From: Marsupella aquatica
Lineage: Eukaryota; Plantae; Marchantiophyta
DNA length: 64,000 nt
Assembly (NCBI GenBank): GCA_973895155.1
Contig: OZ316891.1
Span: 32,189,208-32,253,207, forward strand
Direction of reading: 5' to 3'
The notes under the pieces are model-generated. The model ran no database searches, was not told where the DNA came from, and saw only the letters and a list, made by a program, of their open reading frames with translations. How positions within the stretch are numbered: position 1 is the first letter of the stretch; each line of letters starts with the position of its first letter. Both the position numbers and the translations under genes were made by a program. Of this stretch, positions 22,851 to 34,759 are shown in pieces.

Positions 22851-24348
22851 TGTCACGTCCCTAACCTGGGTCTTAAATCCAGTTTAGTTTCATGGCGCAA
22901 CCTCGACCACCAGTAGGGGTGAGGGTTTGGGCAAGGAGGTGTGTAGTGGCCCCGATTAGCCCTAAGTCGGGCTAAGTTGATATACTTACTGGTATAACAC
23001 TTACGCAATTTGTACTAGTCATAGGTATATTTATTTTCCATTGCTGGAATTTTCCCTCAATTAGTGACTCGGACTAACTCCCGGCTTGGGGCTTTTCAAG
23101 CCATCGACGTGACAGAACCTTGTGACATGCAATGGGTGGCAATCCCTACCATTAGTCCGCACCCGGTACGTCCCTTAAAATGGCGCCTTTGCCCAGACAA
23201 AGCATACACACAACACCAGTTACTTGCGGAAACATTAGAGGGAAAAGGCTACATTTACTCAGCGAAGCATCAGTTTACATGGTTGACTCGACTTCTAAGG
23301 GGGTCAGCAGGCCCAACGGCAGTCGATGCCCAGTCTCTACAAAGCCCCGCCTCACACTTGCCCAGCAAGCTCGACTCTGGCTCTCACTCCTTGGTGCGCT
23401 CTGACCCTACTCAGGCCGGGACTCCCCGTGTCTCGCCTTTTCTTCTGCTGAGATAACTAAGCCTTCTCCCCCTTCCATGGCGGAAGGGGAAGCCTAAATA
23501 CTACAGTTGCAAAAGGGAACCAGAGGATACTACCTTCCGGGATACTACCTACTGACTAACTACCCTCTGACTAACTGGCCGTGCTGTACTGACTGGTTGA
23601 CCATTGACGACAAGAGTGCTAACCGGAATGGCAGCAGCTAAGCCTACTGACAAAATCTAGTCCGTTGATGGACTCCATCCTACGCTGGCGGCTCCTAACT
23701 GATTTGGTCCTAATTCTTCCTACTACCACTAATCGGCGCCTAATGACAGCTATTCTGTCTTTACGCTTAACCAAAAGATGTCGCTGACTCAATTGCCTTG
23801 CGTGGCGCTTGCTTCCACCCTTTGCTAACCACCCCTTACGTGTGTGCTGTGGTTGGACCTGGGTTTGTCCCCCTGTCGGGGCAAGACCTCAAGCCGCCTT
23901 GATCAGAGGTGGGCCCAGGTTTTCCCCGCTGGAGGACAAGCAGGGCAATGCAATCCTGCAAGGCCTTGTTGTCCCGCACCGCCTCCTTCGCCTTGTTTGC
24001 AGCTTCATCGGCCTCTGTCTGGAGCCGCGCTACCTCCAGCTTGAGCTGGTTAATGGAGTTGCAATGGGTCTGGTCCTGTGCCAGCAATTTATCCCGTTCG
24101 GCGGAGAGACTAGCTACCTGCTGAGCTGCCTGTAGGAACTGTTTGTTGAGGTCGGTCAGGCTGGTAACCCGAGCCAAAGATTCTGAGCGCAATTGAAGCA
24201 CGGAATCGTCCAGCTTTTTGAGATCTACTTGCGCTCCGCTCAACTCCTGTGTTAGTCCGTCCCTCTGTTCGACGGTGCGGACTAACTCCTCACGATGGGT
24301 AGTGGCCTCCTCCTCGAGGTGCTCTACCAGCATTTGGAGGCGTTGTCC
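22851..24348 (-). repeat. Gypsy family C 3' LTR, distal part
   Basis: 22851 onward closely matches 63247-64000 (TGTCACGTCCCTAACCTGGG...). Contains coiled-coil ORF end 23836-24333. Confidence 0.9.
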
Positions 24349-26566
24349 TGAGGATAAGCAAAGAGGTGGGAAAAGGCCTCAAGGGACACGCAGGGTGTAT
24401 GGCTGCTTGAGATAGGAAACGCTTGCAAACAAGACAAAGTATCTACCCTAACCTTTCATCCACATCATCACAAGCAAGCAAGCATGCTTTCAAAACTCAA
24501 GCCATTTACATACTCATATCCAATCACAATCAAAATAACTAGTTCAAGCTTCCCAATGTAATCCTCACAAGTCTAAGCCCAACATTCAATTGGTCACCAT
24601 TCCTTTTCCAACACTTGATTGCACACAATCCCTTGCAACCCTCTAAGGTACACAAGTTCAAGCTTACATCAATGTGGTCAAGTTAAGGGTCACTCTTGGT
24701 TGTGGCTAAGACAAGTGGGACATCCAAAGGTATGCAAGGCATCTCTATGCACCATTCAAACATCCAACTGTTGAAACATGGAAAACTACTTTCGAAAAGT
24801 GACCTAGGGTTGGTCAACAAACTCCTTAACAAACATGGAATTGACCTTAGTCCCTTCCTCTAGTAGAACCACCAAGTACAATCCACAAACAACCCATTCC
24901 ATCAATCGAAAATGCCTTCACTCTTTACTCTTGCAACTTCCCTCATGCATAATAACTACTTTTGAAAGTACCTTCATCCAACCCATCTACTTTCAAAAAC
25001 ACCTTCAAGCTCACAACAACATTCAAAAATGGCATGAAGACATTCATTCTAACCATTCCATCACTCATAGCCAAAGCAAGGCATCAACACACATCTCAAA
25101 AATGAGGATACCTCTCCTCTAAATGCATAGCAAGAAGGCACATGTAGCATCATGGCCTCCAAGTAAAAACATGGGTCACAAGCAAGACCCTCCTAGCAAA
25201 AATGAATCATCACCAAGTCTAATCATCAACCAAGCATTCAAAATCCCTCCATAGCCTATCCAAGCTTCAAAACCCTAGTCTCCTTCTCTCATACTTCCTT
25301 CTATCAACCAAATCTACTTTCGAAGCTTCAAGTCAAGGAGTTTACAAGAGAGTAGGCCTTCTTAGTGAGCCATCTCTAATGCAAGACTCCCAAGCTTCAA
25401 CAAGATTAGGTCTCATCTCCTCTAAGCTTTCGAAAATCTCCTACAAGTCCATTCTCCTCAAAACTTGAAGCAACAAACCTACATTCGAGTATGCCTTCTT
25501 GTGGGCAATCTCTCATGCAAGCTCCTTATACTTCCTACTCACATCCTACCTCCTTCCTAAGGCTTTGAGTCAGCCTCTCCTACATTCGAAACCTCTCTCC
25601 AAATCCCTAGAAAAACCGTCACAAAACTCAATCTCTTCACATTCAAAGCTTCTACTCCATTTATCTCTTCACAAAATTGCCTCTACATCTCCTACCCTCA
25701 AAATCCTAAGGCCATGGCCAAGGAGGAGGGCTCCCCCTTCACTCATGCCTCATGCTCGAGCTCCCCTCAAGAGGTTCGCTCCTACAACTAAAAATGGGAC
25801 TTAACACTCCAAAACGGCAAAACGGCAGCACTTCAGCAGCATCTAACTTCCAAACCCTTGGCCAGTCGAACTTCCTCCTTTAGTACCCACGTGGGAAGGA
25901 CCAGGGCACCCACAAGCCCCTCCACTTATGGTTTTAATCCTCATTGAATCACAGCCCTCGATCTCACACCAATTAGATCAAACGGCCAAAAATGAGCCAA
26001 AAAACCCCTCCTTAGTAACTTGTAAACCAAATGAGCTTCGACCTTTTTGAAAAAGCCACGACCTCCACCAAGCCCTAACTCACATCTCCACCTTCAATCC
26101 AAACCATCCATTAACCAAAACCAAGATCCACCGTTGAAGTAGATACATTGAATCTGGTCCATTTAACACAAAAATCTGAATCTGGTCCAAATCTCACAAA
26201 ACTGATGCACTTGGACCAAACCCTCTTACATGCCTTGAACCTGGTCACCTCCTCCATGTATTCAATGAACCTGGTCACCATGTTGCCAAAACCCTAAATA
26301 CCTTGCTTGTTGAGCAAGTAACCTCCATTCCGCCAATCCACCAAATGATAACTTAATCGCTGGTCACAAATGAAAAACATACCCCACAATAGTAACAAGG
26401 GTGGGTAGGCTCAACCTCATCCCTACCTTGACCCTCATAACTCTACTTCCTCCTTCACCTTGGTCAAGTTAGCTCAAGTCAAGTCAACTTGCCCAAGTTA
26501 GAAGCAAAATTGGTTTCAACTTCCTTCACAAAACATGAGGATTCCTTCTTTAGGATGGAAACCTCA
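24349..26566. mobile_element. Probable 2.2-kb solo LTR
   Basis: TGAGG...CCTCA termini, non-coding. Flanks TGTCC/TGACA form a degenerate TSD. Excision plus one 5-bp flank restores the frame IGRCQRLQMLVEH. Confidence 0.7.
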
Positions 26567-28146
26567 TGACAGCGCCCGATCTCATTCCCCTTCGCCACGA
26601 GTTCTTCTTCCAAGCGGCTTACGATCCGTGGTTGGTGCCCTAACATGAAGAAGGCTGGTTGAAAGTACGCCGAGACTTGTTGTCCGATGTACGTTGCCAG
26701 CTCCCCAGACATAGTCTGGCTAAACTTCTGGACCAGGTCGTAGGCCATGGTCCCCGGGGCTACTTGGTAGTCCTCCATCCTCTCGGGTACCGGTGGTTCC
26801 TCGAGCGGGGCAACGATCTCCTCCGTAGTCTGTGCTGGGGAGGGGAAGGTTTCTTTAGGTGGTGGAGGGATTGGGGGTGGTTGCACCGCGGGTAGCGGAG
26901 GCTCAACAGAAGGGGGCGGCGGAATTTCAACAGGAGGAGGTGACGGAGTATTAGTCGGGGCTTCCGGCTTGGGGTTTGGCCGAGGGTTGGTAGTCCGCAC
27001 GCTCGGGGTTTCCTCCTCGAGGGCGGGGGTGACATTAGTCGGGGCTGAGGTGGCCATATTCTTTTCTCTGGCCTCCCAACGTGCCTTGTACCAGGCGAGG
27101 ATGATGGCGATATGACTTCCCAAGTAAGTCTTCCCTCCAATAGCCATACCACCCTGAGCCCGCTTTAGCTCCCTCGAGAATATATGGTAAAAGAATTAGG
27201 CCCAGTTCCGCCGTTTGTACTATTCCACCTGTACGATCGTGCAGAGGGAGATCTCGGATCGTGGCTCAATCATGTGTAGGGTAGTTCGTATGAAGTTAAG
27301 CCGCTCCATGCAGATTAAGTTGGTGCACGACCCCTGCTTGTATCCGTTGTCCGTCTTACCCTCAAGTTTGAAGTGCCGAGGTGTATACTCTTTATCCCGA
27401 ATTCAAAGTTCAACCGGCACTGGTCCGGTTGGCAGGCAGAAGATCTGTGCCAACCGATGCTCCGTGAGTGATAAGGTCTGCCCTAAAACTTTAGTGGTCG
27501 ATGCGTCGGTGTCAAAATTGGAGATGAACTCACAAATCTCCTTTGGCCCGGCGGCACACTGCCTCCATAGCAAGTGAGCAAACTGCTCCAACTGATGCTC
27601 CTTGAGATAGTCCGCGTGTTCCAGTTTCTTGATCGTGATCCACTCTACTTTGGGGACGCGGATTACCTGTAATAAGTTGGACTTTGGGTTATCCGGGGGC
27701 CGTCGGGTCTGGTTGGCCGGGGGGTTTGCCAGGGCAGATGCAGGCACGGCGTTGGTTCACATTGTCAATTTGGGGGCCGGCGCCGTCCTTGCCCACTTAC
27801 GAGAATGCTGCTAGAGTTGCGGACTAACTCGCTCGGAACCCGAAGAACACTCTGTGTTGATCACTGGTTGGACTTGGGACCGGTTTGGAGGTACGCTAGT
27901 GGTCATCGGCTGAGGTGCTGGTGGTGTTGGGGTAGCCATATCCCAGTCAAAGGCGTTAGAACTTTCCCCGAGGAAAGTAAGATTACGCGCCGCTTCCCGT
28001 TGTTTGCTGATGTCTTCTTGGCGCTTTTTGGCTGCGTTTTGCTGGTCTAGGTACCCCGGAATCTTGTCGAACTCCGCTTGAGTAAGCCACTGGTTGCCCT
28101 TCAGCCTAAAGAACTTTGCTGGGACTTCAAGAATTGCCTCTGCTAC
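26567..28146 (-). pseudogene. Family C LTR-borne ORF, middle part (decayed)
   Basis: LEQFAHLLW..ICEFISNFD..LSLTEHRLAQIFCLP aligns by eye with LEAFVRLPW..LLEFVGSWE..FYLTPKVIAEVFGLP, followed by a Pro-rich linker. Confidence 0.75.
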
Positions 28147-28483
28147 TGTGATGCCTAGCCAGGGATCACTAGCCCGGCTTACATGGTAAAGCAGGAGTGT
28201 ACCCTGGAAACACCTTAGTATAGGAACAAAAACAAGGAAAATATAAACAATTAAGGGTGACTATGGAACCAGGGCCGAGGCCAGAAGTAAGGACGCCGGG
28301 GGAGAGAACACGATTAGGGTTAGGGCCCGCTAAGCGTCGGCGGCTAGGGATGACCAACGGGAGGGAAGACCAAAGGAGGAGAGGGGTAAGGACCGCTCGC
28401 AAGGAATAGTGGCTCATTTGCAAGAACAAACTGAGCAGACAACTACGGGAGGCCAAATGCTGTCAATTGCTTAGGCAAGCACT
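28147..28483 (+). repeat. Truncated 5' end of a family A-like LTR
   Basis: Starts TGTGATGCCTAGCCAGG and is colinear with 7503-7839. Confidence 0.88.
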
Positions 28484-29314
28484 TCTAGACTTCTTGGAAT
28501 GTTTCTTCTTCTTATCTTTTTTCTTATGGGGTGATCCCTCCTCTGATGAGGAACTCTCAGACTTAAGCTGTTTCTTCCGGCTTGTGATATCTGCATTAAT
28601 GTATAATTGAATATCCTTAATTGCTTCGGCTAAAGTCTCCGGGTTCTCCTTCCTAATTGCAAAACTCATCTTCTGTGGCAAAGCATTCACCAACCATTGA
28701 AGTTGCATACCTTCAGATGCATTGGTCTTTGTACGTCTTACCAGTTTCTGAAAGCGTTGCAAGAACTTCCTGAAGGATTTGTTCTCCTTGAACCGAAGTT
28801 GTCCCAACTTCAGCACTGCTAGTTCTGAGGTTCCAATGGGTCGAAACTCCTTAACAAAGAGTGTTTTGAAGATATCCCAGATGGCTTGATCTTCCACATC
28901 TAATGCTCTGTACCAAGGCCTAGCCTCACCCTTGAACAGGCCGGGAAGAATCTGCATCTTGATGGCCGATTCTCCATTTGCTGCAGCGGTTCCCTCGAAA
29001 TCATCCAACCATTTGTCCGGATCCTCATCTCCTCTCCCATGAAATGCCTTGTAATGTATGCGCGACCGCTGGCTCAATCTGGTCCCTGGCCTCTCGTCTG
29101 GCCGTGCCTCTGGTTCCCCCATGTCGGTTGGAGACTCACTTCTCCTTACCGACTCTTCTTCTGGTATGTCTTCTTCGACGCCACTTCCAGTTTCGGAGCT
29201 ACCAGCTCTTTCTGCCCCTCTCAGTCGCTGTGTATCATGCCACCCGGTGAGCTGCTGCAGTCGAGCTCTCTCCCGTTGAATCACTCTTTCTTCCCTCGGC
29301 GTAAGGTCAGTCAT
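28480..29314 (-). pseudogene. Second, truncated copy of family B gag
   Basis: Near-identical to ~45888-46722 (FHGRGDEDPDKWLDDFE, LFKGEARPWY). Preceded by a PBS at 29361-29379. Confidence 0.92.
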
Positions 29315-29383
29315 TACCTATGCTTCCGTTCTAACTTCATATCTCACGGCTTAAGAAATGCCCCCTCCATCTAGCGCCAAAAA

Positions 29384-32300
29384 TGTGGTGCGTCCCATGG
29401 CTCCCTAAACCCAAGAAACCCCCCAGCTCAAGCCGATTCCCGCAGGTTTCGTGCTTGGCGAGGCCGTTTCCGCGGCTTAGCGGCATGGGACGCTGCTAAC
29501 CTTCTACTACTACTATTAACATTTTACACACATATACTGGACAGATCCTTCATCGGGTCATGAGATACGTAGCCGGCCTAATATAGGCCTTCCCCTGTCT
29601 TCCCCTGTCTTCCCCTCCGTCTTGTTAGGTATGTTTGGATTCCGCCGCCGGAATGATCCCCAATAGGCTTGGTTAAGCCGCTAAGACCTCTCTCAGCTCG
29701 ACACATCCAACTCTCACTCCCCTGCTTACTTTCCTTCCTTCTGTTGATGTGGGCACTCTTCACACAAGTTAATGCGACACACAAATAGCAAAATGACTCA
29801 TTCTGACTGAGTCATACCATGCACTTGCCATACAAACAGTACATCTCATACACAAGTTCTGCGAACTAAGCCGTGAGGCCAACTCTATTCAGCTCTTAGG
29901 CATGAGGAAACATGAATATACACAAGGGTCACTGTATGACTAACCGAGAGCTTCTCGTACTACTTGATCCCAGCCCGGCTGGTGCAAACTAAAAACTTGC
30001 TAAAGAAGAGGCCCTGAGCTCCCCGCTGCCCAGGTACTTATCCTGGTAGTGGATCCGCCATTCTTTGCATCGTAAGCCTAATCTACCTGACAGTAATCTA
30101 CTTGCCCGAATCTACCTATGTACAGCAAGGCAGGAGCACAAGTGTTGCTCCTACCAGTGGGACCGCAATCCCACTAAGCTAAGTGTCAGGGCCGCTCCTG
30201 GTTCTGATCCTAATCCTAAACGTGGAGATCCGCGCCCGCCCTGCCCACTCACGCCTCCTCCCTCCACGTCCGCCCTCCCTAAAAGGAACGGCGCCCTTGC
30301 ACCGTCACGACACCGGTGGTGGATCCTCAATGGACGCCCCCAACACTTCCTCCTCAGCCACTGCCGTTGGCCCGCCTACTGACAGATTACCTGCCCTTGA
30401 CCGAGTCAACTCTCCATCGGCCTGACTGGGTCCACCTTCGGCCTCAGCCTCGACACCGGCCTCGGCAATACCCACGGCTTCGGCCTCAGCCACTCCAACG
30501 GCTTCGGCTTCAGCCACTCCAACGGCTTCGGCTTCAGCCACTCCCTCGGCTTCAGCCTCCCCTTCCCCTAGGGTAGTTGGATCCTTAGCCGTGACCCTGT
30601 CTGGGGTCGGTGCTGGGTCTACCTCCTTGATCACCACGGCCTGTGAAGTCGTATTACTCCTTGACCCTGAAGGTGTCCGCTTCTTCTTCGTTGGTGGCTC
30701 GGCAGCTGGTCCCTTCCCCTTCCCACTTACTTCCGGCACTGGTGCAGGTGGCGTGGCTTGTCCTTCGGCAATTACCACCCCTGGTAACTGGTTTGTCCCA
30801 ACGGGAGATGGACCTGCTGCAGCTAAGCATTTAAATACTGCGGCTTGTTTCTTCAGCCGCTCTGTTTGGTTGTCGGCCCGCCGCTGTAGGTTCTCCATCT
30901 TCCTCGTGATTTCCTCCAACTCCTCTTGGGTTTCATCCAGGTCCTTACGTGCCCCCTCCAGCTCGTTTTTGGCCTCCTCCTGCTCCCTGTGGGCTTCCTC
31001 CAATTCCTTCTTCAAGGTAGCCCTCTCCTCCTGGGTTGCTCTTAGCTCCTTGTCGAGCTCTGCAATGATGACAGACTCCATCTGGTTCATCTTGGCGTAA
31101 GTCTGTTCGAGCATCTCGTCCTTCTCCCTTAGGTCGGCCTTGAAGCTGGCCGTCAGGGACGCAAGCTCCTGCTGCAGCGCCATAATCCCTTGATAGGATT
31201 TCCCTAACTCGACCTCCTTCTGCTCAAGGGCTCCGCGGATTTTCTCGAGCTCCCCTTTCAACGCCCATTCCTTTCTTTGGGTCTCCGCCATGGCCCGGCT
31301 GTTGGCTGTTATGTGGGCCTCCTCTGTATTCTTCAGCTCTTGCTTCCACTTCTCCCTCTCTTTGATCGTGTCGGCCAACTCTTCCTGCGTCTGAGTCAGT
31401 TTATCCTTGATATTCTGATTATCAGCCTGCGCGGCGTCCAACTGCCCCTGCATGATGTTCAGCTCATGTCGTTTAATCCGCAGTTCATCTTGGGCTTTCT
31501 TGGCCGCCCTTAGATCTTCAATCTCGGCTTCCATCCTCCTAAGCCGCTGAATGACCTCGTCCTTCTTGCTTCTCTCTAAAGCCACCGCTTCTTCTAATTG
31601 GTGCTTCTCCAACTGCTCCCTATGGAAAAAGGGTCCTACCTCCAACTCCTCTCCAAAGATGCCGAGCGCAAGTTCCCCACACATCTCACCATACTCCATG
31701 GCTCTATTCTTAGCGTAGGTGGAGTAAGTAGAAGTGATCGGCATCGCCCATCGTGGCCTCTGCTCCCAAGCCGTCCTACGGATCTCTTCAATCGTGGCTA
31801 GAGGTTTGCTTCCTTTTTCGGCTAGCCGCCTGATGTCCTCCGGCCAATCTCCCCCTGGTAAATCCTTTTCCTTAGCCAGGGCGGCCTCTTCCTCCTGCTT
31901 GATTCGCTCCTGAAATTCCTGCACCGTCTGTTTTATGCCGTCAAAGCTCGGGGGAGCAACATCTGGTGGGGGAGACTCAGGGCTACTCTGCTGGTTGGGG
32001 TCCCCTCGCACTACCCTTGGAAGTGTGGGGACAAACCGGCCACAGGTCCTTACTCCTGGAACGTGATGGTCCGACCCATAGCCGGAATTATCATGGCTGC
32101 AGTCCTCCACTGCCTCCTCTACCTCTTGGACGTCCGGCTTCTCCCTCTCCTCTTCGTCGGTAGGAGCTTCAGGCAATTCTGCCTCAGATTCGGAGCTTGA
32201 GGTTCCCACGTACATTCGAACACCTGGCTTGGATTCCGGCCTGATTCTCTCCTTGTCTCCAGCAAAGGGGTTTTCTCTTGTGAGCCGGTGTTGGCCTACC

Positions 32301-34067
32301 TCTGTAGTAGTGTCCTGCATTGTTGCCGTTGCCGTTGTTGTTGCCGATGCCGATTTCTTTTCTTTCTCCAGTAGTTTCAACAGACTCTGCATGCCTGGTT
32401 GCTGCATCGGCAAGTCTTCCTTCCTGGGCCTAAACACCTGCTCGATCGTAGGACTAACAGGTGGTTGAGGCTTCTCAGCCAACGGCCTCGGCGTTGGAGC
32501 TTCCTCGGGTGCCCTTACCTGCAGGGGAAGTACCGGGGCAAAAGTCTGACTTCTGGCATACCAGCACAACAGCGGCATGTGATAGCCAAGCCGCGATACG
32601 CTCCCCATGCCGATTACCTGCTGCTCCTCCTTTAAGATCTTCTTCAATTGGTTGAGGAGGTACCCGTTGTAGTCCCGGCTTGGGTCTGGCCTTTCTGCCA
32701 GATAGACCTGTGCCTTGCCGATCTCTGCCCTCGGCAAGTTACAATGCATGGTCACCCGCAAGAAGTCGATCATCTCTCCTATGTGCGGGTTGGTGCAGGT
32801 GTTCCGAAAGAAGCCATTCTTCGTTGATGGCCCGGGGAACGACCGGAACTCCTTGTCAGGCAAGGTCTTCCTGGTATCAACTTTGGTCTTATTGCCTATC
32901 GGCAGGCCAAACACTTCGGCAATTACCTTGGGAGTAAGATAGAAATCCTTCCCATATATCCTCGTGCAATTGGTCTCGGGTTCCCATGACCCCACGAATT
33001 CTAATAGGTCTGACTCCGGTACCTCCGGCTTCAGCCATGGTAATCTTACAAAGGCCTCCAAGCCGGATCCGGCCATGAAGCCTTGGTACTTCTTGGTCTG
33101 CATGGCCGTAAAGCATGCATCCTCCTCCCGTGCAAAATGTAGTTGCACCTCCACCGGTAGGGTTGCCGCCCAGCCCTTCCAGGTGTCATCCCTGGTTGGA
33201 ATGGCCTTGATGGGATCGACCTCCTCCTCTTCGGCTTCTCCCTGCCTCCTGCTATGCTGCTCGGCTGGCTTCTTTGGTGCCGCCGACCTCGTTCTTTTTG
33301 CCGGGGTGGCTTCATCGTTGACGGCTCCCTTCCTCTTCATCTCTGCTGCCGTGGAGGTTTCTCCTAGCACCGTTGCCTGGGTCCACCTTTCCGTGCTACC
33401 CTTTAATTCCCAGTGTATGTCGTTGCAGTTCTTGATGGCCTCTCGGATGCCGACGACGCTGTCTTTGCAAAACAGAAGATCGTCGAGTTGATTGGAAGTA
33501 GGCGTCCACAGGAACTCGTCCTTGATGAGTTCGCCTCCTAAGAAAGCCATCTTCTGCAGCTCCCACAATCGAGCGAGCTCCTGCCGTTCTCGAGCTGCCC
33601 TTTCTGACTCCTCGTCCTCGTAAGTCTTGATGTACTCAGTTGCCCGTTCGAACAGGCATCCCCAGAAATGTGCCGCTTGATTGACGTTGCTCATACCCTC
33701 CTTAGGTCGATCGTCGGTATCTACTCTCTCCCCGAGTGCTTGCCTAAGCAGCTGACAGTAGTTGGCCTCCCGTAGTCGTCTGCCTAGTTCGTGCTCGCAA
33801 ATGAGCCACCATCTCCTGCAAGCGCTCCTTACCCCTCTCCTCTGCCGGTCCTTCTTCCTGTTGATCCTTCCTAGCCGCCGACGCTTAACGCGCCCTAACC
33901 CTAATCGGGTTTTCACCCTTAGTCTTACCTCCGGCCTCGGCCCGGGTTCCATGGTTGCCCCTAATTGTTTATATTTTCCTTGTTTTGTCACTATACTAAG
34001 GTGCTCCTAGGGTGCCTTCCTGCTTTACCCACTTAACCGGCCGAGTGATTCCTGTCTAGGCATCACA
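29384..34067 (-). repeat. Family B 3' LTR, 4684 bp
   Basis: Direct repeat of 46792-51450, bounded by the PPT at 34068. Confidence 0.95.
30305..33991 (-). CDS. Intact LTR-encoded accessory protein (1215 aa from ATG 33952): basic N-terminus, globular domain, acidic/Pro linker, long coiled coil
   Basis: Uninterrupted ORF lying wholly inside the LTR. Homologous ORFs occur in the A and C LTRs. Confidence 0.88.
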   Translation of the reverse strand: MTKQGKYKQLGATMEPGPRPEVRLRVKTRLGLGRVKRRRLGRINRKKDRQRRGVRSACRRWWLICEHELGRRLREANYCQLLRQALGERVDTDDRPKEGMSNVNQAAHFWGCLFERATEYIKTYEDEESERAARERQELARLWELQKMAFLGGELIKDEFLWTPTSNQLDDLLFCKDSVVGIREAIKNCNDIHWELKGSTERWTQATVLGETSTAAEMKRKGAVNDEATPAKRTRSAAPKKPAEQHSRRQGEAEEEEVDPIKAIPTRDDTWKGWAATLPVEVQLHFAREEDACFTAMQTKKYQGFMAGSGLEAFVRLPWLKPEVPESDLLEFVGSWEPETNCTRIYGKDFYLTPKVIAEVFGLPIGNKTKVDTRKTLPDKEFRSFPGPSTKNGFFRNTCTNPHIGEMIDFLRVTMHCNLPRAEIGKAQVYLAERPDPSRDYNGYLLNQLKKILKEEQQVIGMGSVSRLGYHMPLLCWYARSQTFAPVLPLQVRAPEEAPTPRPLAEKPQPPVSPTIEQVFRPRKEDLPMQQPGMQSLLKLLEKEKKSASATTTATATMQDTTTEVGQHRLTRENPFAGDKERIRPESKPGVRMYVGTSSSESEAELPEAPTDEEEREKPDVQEVEEAVEDCSHDNSGYGSDHHVPGVRTCGRFVPTLPRVVRGDPNQQSSPESPPPDVAPPSFDGIKQTVQEFQERIKQEEEAALAKEKDLPGGDWPEDIRRLAEKGSKPLATIEEIRRTAWEQRPRWAMPITSTYSTYAKNRAMEYGEMCGELALGIFGEELEVGPFFHREQLEKHQLEEAVALERSKKDEVIQRLRRMEAEIEDLRAAKKAQDELRIKRHELNIMQGQLDAAQADNQNIKDKLTQTQEELADTIKEREKWKQELKNTEEAHITANSRAMAETQRKEWALKGELEKIRGALEQKEVELGKSYQGIMALQQELASLTASFKADLREKDEMLEQTYAKMNQMESVIIAELDKELRATQEERATLKKELEEAHREQEEAKNELEGARKDLDETQEELEEITRKMENLQRRADNQTERLKKQAAVFKCLAAAGPSPVGTNQLPGVVIAEGQATPPAPVPEVSGKGKGPAAEPPTKKKRTPSGSRSNTTSQAVVIKEVDPAPTPDRVTAKDPTTLGEGEAEAEGVAEAEAVGVAEAEAVGVAEAEAVGIAEAGVEAEAEGGPSQADGELTRSRAGNLSVGGPTAVAEEEVLGASIEDPPPVS

Positions 34068-34406
34068 TAGCTCCCCACTTAATTGTGAAGCGTCCTCGCG
34101 AACAACTTCATCTTCGTCCATATAGTATTTCTTGAGGCGGTCATAATTGTTGAGCATAGACGACGATCGCAACGGCAAGCCCATGAACCATCCAACGCAC
34201 AATAGTCGACACAAGAGATACGTGGTTCACCTCCTTGAGGCTACGTCCACGGGAACACACAAGAGAGCTTTACTGAACTCTAAGCCCGTCGGCTATACCG
34301 AGTCTCCACAGTGTAAGCTCTCCCTATCTCTCAAGTGGCTCCATAACAATGAGCCTTGGTTCTACCTCTCCAAGCACACATGCCTCTTATGATATAGTGT
34401 GCAACT

Positions 34407-34530
34407 TAGTTGTACCTAACCACATAGTTGTACCTAATCACGTAGTTGTACCTAACCACATAGTTGTACCTAATCACGTAGTTGTACCTAACCACGTAGT
34501 TGTACCAACCCACGTTGTTGTACCAACCAC
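34407..34530. repeat. 18-bp tandem repeat in the copia LTR (also at ~40481-40604)
   Basis: About 7 copies of TAGTTGTACCTAACCACR. Confidence 0.85.
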
Positions 34531-34759
34531 GTCATACCTAACCTAGACGTAAGAGTAAATACCCAACAATCTTCCCCTTGACTCTGGTCTAGGGGAGAGT
34601 AATACTGCCAATGTATATGATCCCTCAGCGGGAAGTTCTGGACAGAAATCAAACCGGTTTCCCTCTCTAACTAGAGCAAACCAGAACTAAGCCGTAGCCT
34701 AATACATAGGAATGAGGAAGAGCATATATCAGTAATTACAATGAATGTTTAAGAAAACT

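Noticed and set aside
30305-33991. env gene, or a captured host myosin/SMC gene
   Set aside because: No signal peptide or transmembrane segment is visible. The coiled-coil similarity is compositional, with no ATPase motifs.
28480-34067. Plain segmental duplication of 45888-51450
   Set aside because: The right boundary coincides exactly with LTR termini and the PPT, and family A shows the same LTR start after its PPT.
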